Shown: positions 57,093 to 64,000 of the stretch, in pieces
Layout of the letters: each line of letters opens with the position of its first letter
How positions within the stretch are numbered: the first letter of the stretch is position 1
Source: Minisyncoccota bacterium
GTDB lineage: Bacteria; Patescibacteriota; Microgenomatia; PFEM01; JAFGMK01
NCBI GenBank assembly: GCA_016927565.1
Contig: JAFGMK010000013.1
Span: 8,796 to 72,795, forward strand
DNA length: 64,000 bases
Direction: 5' to 3'
Position numbers and translations under genes: made by a program
The notes under the pieces: generated by a model
Databases searched by the model: none
What the model was told of the DNA's origin: nothing
The model's input: the letters and a program-made list of their open reading frames with translations, nothing else

Positions 57093-59168
57093 ATGGGTTT
57101 TGGTTCAAAAATAGCCTGCGGTTTTGATATGGCTTCAAAATTCAAAAACATCAGGAGAGGGTGCTTTCTTTTTTTTCTTTTTTTCTGTTCGGCCGCTTTT
57201 TTTATTTTTTTTCAGAGCCCGGGTTTAACCGGAGGAGATGCCGGTGATTTGGCCAGCGCTGCTTTTACACAGGGAATTCCTCATCCGCCCGGTTATCCTC
57301 TCTATACACTGATCGGCCGCTGGCTGGTCCGATTGCCGATCGGGTCAACGCCGGCCTACCGGTTGGGATTTTTGTCTTCTTTGCCGGCGGCGGCGACAGT
57401 GGCGTTGTTTTTTTGGCTGGCTCTGAAAATAGCCGATGATTGGCTGCCGGCTTTAATCGCTTCTCTTTCTCTGGCTTTTAATTATCTTTTCTGGTATCAG
57501 GCCGAAGTTCAGGAAGTTTTTATGATTCATACCTTTTTTTTATTCTTAAGTCTTTTTCTGGCCTGGCTTTGGCTGAAAAAACCAAGTTTTAAACTGGTTC
57601 TGCTTTTGGCTTTAATCGCCGGCCTTGAATTCGGCCATCATCATACCTTTGTTTTAGTTCTGCCGGCCTTGGGTTATCTTTTGTTTTCCTGTTCTAAGAT
57701 AAAGAATTTGTTTAAAAAAAAACCTTTGTTAAAAGGAGGACTGGTTTTGGCCTGCCTTTCCGGGGGAATCTTTCTCTATTTAATCCTTTTTTACTCGACC
57801 GATCCCCTTTCGCCGGTTAATTGGGCCTTTGGTCAGGATCTGCCGGCCTTGGTAAGGTTGATTTTTCGGTCTAACTACGGCACTTTCTCTCCGATGAAAG
57901 GAGCCCGGTTTTCTTTTTCCGGCGGTTTTTTAGCTCTTTTGGGCCTGGCTCATTTTATTTATTTTGAGTTTACTCTGGTTGGGTTGTTTTTAATGGTGGT
58001 TGGCTTTGTCTGGTGGTGGCAAAAAAACCAAGTTTTTTTGCGCTTCAGTCTGATCTGGTTTGGTTTTACGGGAGTTTTTTTTCTCTTTTATGCCGGCTAC
58101 CCGTTGTCGAATTGGTTTTCGATGGCAACTGTGGAACGGTTTTATCTTCTCTCATACCCGGTTTTTTTCTTGTGGTTGATTGGCGGCTTGGAATGGATTA
58201 AGGCAAGGATTGCCGTCTTAAAAATAAAGGCGGATTTTAAAAGAGGGTTGCTGCTTTTGTTTTTGGCCTATCCCCTATTTTTGTTTTTTCTGAACTTAAA
58301 GAAAAATGATTACCGTCACTTCTGGCAGTTTGACCGATTCGGAGAAAGGCTTCTGAACTCCTGTCCGGCGGAAGCGGTTTTTTTAAACGGGGGCGATTTG
58401 CAAACTTTTGCCAGTCTTTATGCCCAGTATGTTAAAGGAGTAAGGCCGGATTTAAAAATGATCAGTCTTTTTAACCCGGCTCGGGCGATTTTTCATCTCG
58501 AGGAACTGTCCCAATTCAGGAATTATTTTGAGGTCGGGGCTCAACCTCGGGAAGAGTTCTGGCCGGATTTCAAAACCTTTTTGAAAGAAAAGCGGTTTCC
58601 TGTCTGTTCGGCCGGAGAAATCAGTTTAGGCGAGGATTATTTAGTTTATCCCCGGGGTTTAGTTTATGTCCATGCTTTGGGTTTTGCTCCGGACATTCAG
58701 ACGATTTTTGCTGATAATGAAAAACTTTGGAACGAATGGAAACCGGAAATCTTTGTAACCCGGAATTCGCTTTATGAAACCTTTTTTAATCGGCAATTGC
58801 TTGATCTTTATTATCAAAAAGCTTTTTCCCTAAGTGAATTTTTTTTCTTAAACAACGAGTTTGAAAAAACCCGGAGCTGGCTTGAGAAGGCTCTTTGGTA
58901 TCAACCCAATTCCGCTTCAGTTTTAAGAACCAGTATTTTGGTGGACATTAAAACCGGTCAATGCCAGGAGGCCGAGTCAAAGATTAGCCGGTTCCGTCTT
59001 TTGTTTGAAAAGATTAAATCCTGGCCGCTGATTGAAGCGGTTTATGAAAAAGAATGTTTGGGAAAGGAAGAAAAATATCAGCAGCTTTCGCGAGATTTGG
59101 GAATGGTTGAAGCTTCAGGCTCTTCTGAGATGGCCGAGGGAGACAAGGAAGAAAAAATACACCCCTAG
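57093..59168 (+). CDS. DUF2723-like polytopic membrane protein with C-terminal TPR-like region; putative GT-C type protein glycosyl/mannosyltransferase
   Basis: GDAGDLASAAFTQGIPHPPGYPLY N-terminal motif characteristic of DUF2723/TMEM260-like proteins, many TMs, and a soluble TPR-like C-terminus. Confidence 0.55.
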   Translation: MGFGSKIACGFDMASKFKNIRRGCFLFFLFFCSAAFFIFFQSPGLTGGDAGDLASAAFTQGIPHPPGYPLYTLIGRWLVRLPIGSTPAYRLGFLSSLPAAATVALFFWLALKIADDWLPALIASLSLAFNYLFWYQAEVQEVFMIHTFFLFLSLFLAWLWLKKPSFKLVLLLALIAGLEFGHHHTFVLVLPALGYLLFSCSKIKNLFKKKPLLKGGLVLACLSGGIFLYLILFYSTDPLSPVNWAFGQDLPALVRLIFRSNYGTFSPMKGARFSFSGGFLALLGLAHFIYFEFTLVGLFLMVVGFVWWWQKNQVFLRFSLIWFGFTGVFFLFYAGYPLSNWFSMATVERFYLLSYPVFFLWLIGGLEWIKARIAVLKIKADFKRGLLLLFLAYPLFLFFLNLKKNDYRHFWQFDRFGERLLNSCPAEAVFLNGGDLQTFASLYAQYVKGVRPDLKMISLFNPARAIFHLEELSQFRNYFEVGAQPREEFWPDFKTFLKEKRFPVCSAGEISLGEDYLVYPRGLVYVHALGFAPDIQTIFADNEKLWNEWKPEIFVTRNSLYETFFNRQLLDLYYQKAFSLSEFFFLNNEFEKTRSWLEKALWYQPNSASVLRTSILVDIKTGQCQEAESKISRFRLLFEKIKSWPLIEAVYEKECLGKEEKYQQLSRDLGMVEASGSSEMAEGDKEEKIHP

Positions 59169-60383
59169 GATAAATCCCAAAGTGAGAAGTTGATTAAAAA
59201 TCGGTCGGAAGCGGGGTTTCTTTTTCAACCAGCGAAGATTGATAAAAATAAGCAATGGTAAAAAATCGTTAGCATAGCGCGAGCCGATTTGGAAACTGCC
59301 CTCTCCCCAAAAGGAGAGAATTGATGCCAGAATGGCTAAGACGGTGATCAGGAAAGGCCAGTCTTTATGCCACCGGTGGGAATAAAAAAGGTATGGCAGA
59401 AACCAGGGCATAATAAAGATCAGACCGACACCATACCTCGAGAGTTCAAAATAAGGGAAAATGAACCTAAGCGCGGGATTGATTAGCGGTCTGGGGGGGT
59501 TGATCAAAAGATAAAGGGCGTTACTTAAAAAATAATCTTCGGGACCTTTCTCCCGGAACTTTCTTAAATCCCTGAATTCTGCATCCGGAATCCTTTGATA
59601 GCGGTAGCCAAAAGAAAGCGGATTGTCAAACCGGAAATAATTATAAGCGGAAATCAAGATCAGGCAGGTAATCAGGCTTAAGATCAAGACGGCACCCTCA
59701 TTCTTAAGATGCTTGCGGGGATTTTTTAAAATTTTTAAAGCAGGAAGAAAGTAGTAAAAAATAGTGGTCGGGCGGGTGAGAACTAGGGGGATAAGCCAGA
59801 AACTGGCCCAGCGGGAATGTTTGACTTTAAAAAACCACAAAAAGGCCAAGGCTAAACCGCCGGCGATTAAACCGCTGAGATACCAGGGCCCTTTAAAAAC
59901 CAGACAAGTCAAAACCGGCGAGGCGGTAATTAAAAGAAGGCTGTTTAAAAAAGCATTCCGGGGCTGAAAATGTTGAACCAGTTTAAAAAGAAAAAAAAGA
60001 GTAAAAATAAGAAAGAAACCGCTTAAGCTGATTAAATGCCGGTCTTCCCCGAACCCTAGAAAAGCCACCCCGGCGATAGCCGGAAAGGGACCCATCGGGA
60101 CAAAATATTTGTCTTTATAAATAGAGTAGTCAAAGGCGTAAGTTAGGTTTTGGCTGTATTCTGATTTTACCTGAGCGGTCACGTCAAGCTTTCCTTTCAG
60201 AAAAGAACGGGAAAGGAAAAAATAGTGCTGGGTGTAAGGCGAGTCAATCGGATTTCTTAAAAAGACGATCGTGCTTAAGAAGAGAAAAATAATTCCGGCT
60301 AAAACCGGTTTGGGCAAAATTTCATTAGTTTGTTTCATAAAAGGTTTTTCCGACTGGTTTTTACCATTATCCAGGGAAAACAA
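59115..60383 (-). CDS. polytopic membrane protein, possible GT-C-fold glycosyltransferase
   Basis: At least ten hydrophobic segments. Co-operonic with the methyltransferase and GT2 genes. Confidence 0.4.
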   Translation of the reverse strand: MFSLDNGKNQSEKPFMKQTNEILPKPVLAGIIFLFLSTIVFLRNPIDSPYTQHYFFLSRSFLKGKLDVTAQVKSEYSQNLTYAFDYSIYKDKYFVPMGPFPAIAGVAFLGFGEDRHLISLSGFFLIFTLFFLFKLVQHFQPRNAFLNSLLLITASPVLTCLVFKGPWYLSGLIAGGLALAFLWFFKVKHSRWASFWLIPLVLTRPTTIFYYFLPALKILKNPRKHLKNEGAVLILSLITCLILISAYNYFRFDNPLSFGYRYQRIPDAEFRDLRKFREKGPEDYFLSNALYLLINPPRPLINPALRFIFPYFELSRYGVGLIFIMPWFLPYLFYSHRWHKDWPFLITVLAILASILSFWGEGSFQIGSRYANDFLPLLIFINLRWLKKKPRFRPIFNQLLTLGFILGVYFFFLVSLGHLRRA

Positions 60384-60937
60384 AATTGCAATTCAATGTT
60401 TTTGAAATAGGGTTTAATTTGGGAGATGAACTGTTTTGGCGTCCAATGGTTAATGTGGCCCGGAGTATTGCCCAAACCGGAAACATATTTCAACCGGAGC
60501 AGGTTCAAAATCCGCCACCAGGGTTCTAAAGGAATCGAAAAAAGACAGTTTTGTTTGGTCACCCGGCTGGCTTCGGCAATTGCCCGGACGGGATTTTCAA
60601 GATGTTCGAGAACCTCACAAAGAAGAACCAGATCAAAGCGGTTGTTTTTAAAGGGAAGCTGTTCAGCATTAGCTTTTATGATCTTTGCTTGGGGATTTTT
60701 TCTTTGAGCCAGACTGACCATTTTTCCCGAGAGGTCAATTCCCCAATATCGGCCTTGGGGGTAGTTTTTCCTCATGACTTCCAGAAGGTAGCCTTCGCCA
60801 CAACCGACTTCCAGCACCTCGGGTCGATTTCCGGCCGGCCGGCCTAATTTAATCAGGCTCAATAAAAAATTTTTTACAAAAATCTTTTTAAGCGGGTTTT
60901 TGGCTTCGTACTTATTTTCGAAATTCCCCTCAATCAT
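60335..60937 (-). CDS. class I SAM-dependent methyltransferase
   Basis: Motif I VLEVGCGEGYLL and post-I LLCEVLEHL. Confidence 0.7.
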   Translation of the reverse strand: MIEGNFENKYEAKNPLKKIFVKNFLLSLIKLGRPAGNRPEVLEVGCGEGYLLEVMRKNYPQGRYWGIDLSGKMVSLAQRKNPQAKIIKANAEQLPFKNNRFDLVLLCEVLEHLENPVRAIAEASRVTKQNCLFSIPLEPWWRILNLLRLKYVSGLGNTPGHINHWTPKQFISQIKPYFKNIELQFCFPWIMVKTSRKNLL

Positions 60938-61959
60938 TTTAAGGATTGGCCTAATTTATTAATCAGTTTTCGGTTTAAACCAATCAAATCGGCCAAAATT
61001 CCCATTAAAAAAGTGGAAAAGCCGGTTCCGATTAGAATTGAGGCTAAAATCAGGGATTGAATATGGCCGTTTCCTTTGCCGGCGAAATAGAAAAATAAAA
61101 ATCGGCCGATTCCAAAAATTCCTGACAATATCAACACCAGGCCAAGAAGGCTCAAGTATTTGAAAGCCCGGTAGACCAAAATAGTCCGGACAATGATCGC
61201 TCCGGATGTTTTAATATGGGTCCAAATGTTTTTGATCAATCGGGAATGGCCGAATTGTCTTTTTTTAAAGGTGATCGGAATTTCAATTATGCGAAAGTCA
61301 TTAAGGGCTGCGTGGATGATGCTTTCATGGGTATAGGTGTGGCCTAAGAAACAGCCAAATGAGCTAGCCAGTTCGCGGCTGAAAGCGCGAAAACCGGTGG
61401 AGGCGTCTCTGATTTTGGTTCCGGTTAGTTTTCTGATTGTCCAGCTTCCCAATAGGTTCCCCCATTTTTTGGCAATCGGCATATGTTTAAGTTTCCTGAT
61501 CTGCCGGTTTCCCAGGACAAGGTCGGCCCTGTCTTTTAGAATCGGCTGAACCAGTTGGGAGATTTGGCTTTGGTTGTATTGGTTGTCGCCGTCAGTATTA
61601 ACAATGATATCAGCTCCGATGGTCAAGGCTTTTGCCAGACCGTCTTCAAATGACTTCGCCAGCCCTTGGTTTTTTTTGTGAATGACAAGGTGTTTAATCC
61701 CGGCTTTTTCAGCAATAGTCCGGGTTTGATCTGTCGAACCGTCATCAATGACAACCACTTCTATCCGGCCGATTCCCTTGATCCTTTTCGGAATTGAAGC
61801 TAAAACCCGGCCCAGACTGGAAGCTTCATTCAAACAAGGAATCATCACTGCTAATTTTTTATTTTTTTCGGCCGACGCTTTGGGTTTTTTAAACAAAGAT
61901 TGATTTCTAATTGGTTTTGACATCAGAGTAAGTTTAGCTAATAATAGAAAAAAAGGCAA
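60934..61959 (-). CDS. GT2-family polyprenyl-phosphate glycosyltransferase (dolichyl-phosphate mannose/glucose synthase-like) with C-terminal TM anchor
   Basis: VMIPCLNE, VVVIDDGSTDQT and NTDGDNQY (DXD-like) motifs, plus two C-terminal TMs. Confidence 0.85.
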   Translation of the reverse strand: MPFFLLLAKLTLMSKPIRNQSLFKKPKASAEKNKKLAVMIPCLNEASSLGRVLASIPKRIKGIGRIEVVVIDDGSTDQTRTIAEKAGIKHLVIHKKNQGLAKSFEDGLAKALTIGADIIVNTDGDNQYNQSQISQLVQPILKDRADLVLGNRQIRKLKHMPIAKKWGNLLGSWTIRKLTGTKIRDASTGFRAFSRELASSFGCFLGHTYTHESIIHAALNDFRIIEIPITFKKRQFGHSRLIKNIWTHIKTSGAIIVRTILVYRAFKYLSLLGLVLILSGIFGIGRFLFFYFAGKGNGHIQSLILASILIGTGFSTFLMGILADLIGLNRKLINKLGQSLK

Positions 61960-61962
61960 AAA

Positions 61963-62820
61963 ATGCTATTTTGTTCAGGAGTGGTTTTTCTTTTTGGTTT
62001 GATAATCGGCAGTTTTTTAAATGTGGTTGTTTGTCGCCTTAATAATTTTGATCAGGCGCCGGCTCGGAAAAATACGCCGATTGAGGGCCGTTTTTTGCTT
62101 GGAGGCCGTTCTTTCTGCCCTCGCTGCCGTCATCAATTAAGCTGGTTTGACAATCTTCCCTTAATTTCATTTTTTTTATTAAAAGGCCGTTGCCGTTACT
62201 GCCGGCAGCCAATAAGTTGGCAGTATCCTCTGGTTGAATTGACCGCGGCAGTGATTTCGGTAGCTGTTCTCTGGTGGCAGAATCTTTATTTTCAGCTTCT
62301 TATCTGCCAATTCGCCGAGGCGGTTAAGCCGGCCATTTGTTTGGAAAGAATGATTTTTTTTGTTTACACGCTCTTTATTTTTTATTGCTTAATTGCCATT
62401 TTTGCTTCCGACTTTGTTTATCAGACTATTCCTGATCAAATTTCCTATCCGGCAATTTTGATATCGATATTTTATCGTTTATTAAGGCCATCTTTCCGAA
62501 TTTTTCTGGTTTCAGGATTGGGAGGTGCCTGGCTGTTTTTTTTGATGCATTGGCTGACTAAGGGAAAGGGAATGGCAATTGGCGATGTTAAGCTGGCCTT
62601 GCTTTTGGGGTTATTTTTAGGCTGGCCCGGGGTTGGTTTTTGTCTCTATCTGGCTTTTTTAACCGGAGGCCTGTTCGGATTGATTCTGATCTTAACCGGC
62701 CGAAAAAAATTTGGCCAGGTGGTTGCCTTCGGGCCTTTTCTGGTTTTGGCGGCAGCCTCGGTTTTTTTTGCTCAAGATTATTTGATATTATTTTATCATC
62801 GGCTGATCGGTTTATCATGA
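61963..62820 (+). CDS. pilD: prepilin peptidase (A24 family)
   Basis: N-terminal tetra-Cys zinc region (CPRCRHQ...CRYCRQ), catalytic Asp motifs and polytopic topology. Confidence 0.9.
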   Translation: MLFCSGVVFLFGLIIGSFLNVVVCRLNNFDQAPARKNTPIEGRFLLGGRSFCPRCRHQLSWFDNLPLISFFLLKGRCRYCRQPISWQYPLVELTAAVISVAVLWWQNLYFQLLICQFAEAVKPAICLERMIFFVYTLFIFYCLIAIFASDFVYQTIPDQISYPAILISIFYRLLRPSFRIFLVSGLGGAWLFFLMHWLTKGKGMAIGDVKLALLLGLFLGWPGVGFCLYLAFLTGGLFGLILILTGRKKFGQVVAFGPFLVLAAASVFFAQDYLILFYHRLIGLS

Positions 62821-63317
62821 AACGGCTTAAGAGGGAAATTCTTAATGCGGCGGAAAAAAGGGTAATTTTATTTACTCTCCTTTTGCTCGGAGTTTTGATC
62901 TGGCTTAGTCTTCAGTCCAGCTGGCGGTTGCAAAGAGAGATTTCCCGAAAAGGAGCTTTGGGGAGGATTGAATCAGCTCTAAAGAATTATTGGCGGGTTA
63001 AAAAACAATACCCGCCCAATTCAGCTGAAAATGAACTTTTGGCTTGCGGCGCGGAAAAAAATCTGGCTTGCGGCGGCGGACAGAAATGGGAAGATGAAAA
63101 TTACCTTTATTTGGATTCTTTCCCCGATGACCCTCTTTTTTCCAGCGGGGCTGATTGGCCTAATTTTGGCTACCGGACTAATCAGGATCAATCTTTTTTT
63201 TGGCTTTGGGTTTTTTTGGAAAATGAAGCTGATCCTGATCTTGCCTCATCTTGGCAAAACTGCCCCGGTTTGTGGGAAAAAAATCAGTATGTTATTTGCG
63301 GCGGGAATAACTTTTAA
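62817..63317 (+). CDS. membrane-anchored hypothetical protein. Its start overlaps the pilD stop (ATGA); the track's longer ORF from 62640 is an out-of-frame overlap with pilD
   Basis: MKRLKREILNAAEKRVILFTLLLLGVLIWL single TM with no class III signal. Lies between pilD and the pilin genes. Confidence 0.4.
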   Translation: MKRLKREILNAAEKRVILFTLLLLGVLIWLSLQSSWRLQREISRKGALGRIESALKNYWRVKKQYPPNSAENELLACGAEKNLACGGGQKWEDENYLYLDSFPDDPLFSSGADWPNFGYRTNQDQSFFWLWVFLENEADPDLASSWQNCPGLWEKNQYVICGGNNF

Positions 63318-63357
63318 GAAGGATTTGCAAAAGCAATAAAGTCTGTTATAGTGTTAG

Positions 63358-63876
63358 TTGGGAATGATGAAAAAAACTGCCGGGTTTACGATGATTGAGC
63401 TGATGGCCTCAATGGCAATTTTGGCGGTCCTGATTGGTTTCTCCCTTACCTTGCTTAATCCCCGCGGCCAGTTGGCGAAGGCAAGAGATGTTCAGCGGAA
63501 AGCTGATCTTGATCAGTACTCTATTGCTTTGGAGGCCTATGCAACGGCTAATAACAGTCTTTATACCCGGCGAAACGGCCGGCAAACTGCCAGCTCTTAT
63601 CCCTGCGATGTTCTCAATCCGATTTTTCTGGCTAATTGTCCCAGTGATCCCGGCCATAATCCGGGAACTGCTCCTAATGACGATTACCGCTATCGAACTG
63701 ATAATCCCCCTGGTTGCGGCGATCCAGGTGAGCCTTGTGCAACTCAATATGTTCTCTGGACTTATTTGGAAACGGGTGGTGTTTGGGAAATATGTTCGGA
63801 TGGCCGCCGGGGAAAGCTTGAAATCAACCCCCCGGCATTGCCTTCAGATAGCGGTGGTAATTGTGAGGTGCCCTGA
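63358..63876 (+). CDS. type IV pilin / pseudopilin
   Basis: Class III signal KKTAGFTMIELMASMAILAVLIG. Confidence 0.8.
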   Translation: MGMMKKTAGFTMIELMASMAILAVLIGFSLTLLNPRGQLAKARDVQRKADLDQYSIALEAYATANNSLYTRRNGRQTASSYPCDVLNPIFLANCPSDPGHNPGTAPNDDYRYRTDNPPGCGDPGEPCATQYVLWTYLETGGVWEICSDGRRGKLEINPPALPSDSGGNCEVP

Positions 63877-64000
63877 TGAAGAAAAAAATCAGCCCAAAGG
63901 GCTTTACTCTGGTTGAGCTTTTAATTGCGATTAGCATTCTGGTGATTTTAATGGGAGTGGGACTGGTTTCATTGCGAGGATCGCAGGCCGTTGCCCGGGA
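63876..64000 (+). CDS. type IV pilin / pseudopilin, 3'-truncated at the window end
   Basis: MKKKISPKGFTLVELLIAISILVILMGVG... Its start overlaps the previous stop (ATGA). Confidence 0.7.
   Translation, partial: MKKKISPKGFTLVELLIAISILVILMGVGLVSLRGSQAVAR

Overview
This 64 kb window is mostly compact, operon-dense chromosome. Gene content suggests a Patescibacteria/CPR-like bacterium: a type IV pilus cluster, YerC/YecD TrpR-like regulators and an extended L31. This lineage placement is inference from gene content only. I identified about 65 CDS and one tRNA-Leu(CAA). No rRNA or CRISPR arrays were seen.

Core blocks identified from motifs in the ORF translations:
- An OmpR-type two-component system next to a MacA/MacB-like tripartite efflux operon.
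- ychF, then rpsF-ssb-rpsR.
- ctpA and htrA proteases.
- A domain-1-less RF1-like gene downstream of rpmE.
- hisS following two divergent PLP-aminotransferase-like genes and an unknown gene, with a TrpR-like (YerC) regulator upstream.
- dnaB, efp, lgt, dksA/traR-like, rluA, tgt and yebC.
- A Xer-like tyrosine recombinase with flanking 16-bp direct repeats, next to a radical-SAM/HhH DNA-repair-like gene.
- gyrB-ppa-gyrA and holB.
- A pilB-pilT-pilC-pilin block, then a membrane glycosyltransferase/methyltransferase block, then pilD and more pilins.

The part that looks accessory is about 7.6-14.5 kb. It is flanked upstream by about 1.3 kb of low-coding DNA and internally bracketed by a duplicated 43-bp promoter/leader repeat. 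It packs together small-molecule-modifying enzymes:
- a CYTH protein and an SRPBCC protein
- a frameshifted APH-family kinase
- a SAM methyltransferase and a GNAT
- a Nudix hydrolase
- a GNAT fused to an ANT(2'')-type nucleotidyltransferase
- an SDR and an S51 peptidase

The second standout is a near-identical 34-bp palindrome that occurs twice: once upstream of the YerC-like regulator gene and once upstream of the gyrB-ppa-gyrA operon. A different perfect 30-bp palindrome sits upstream of a second TrpR-like paralog.

I have no tools here. Every call rests on motifs read from the sequence and the ORF translations.
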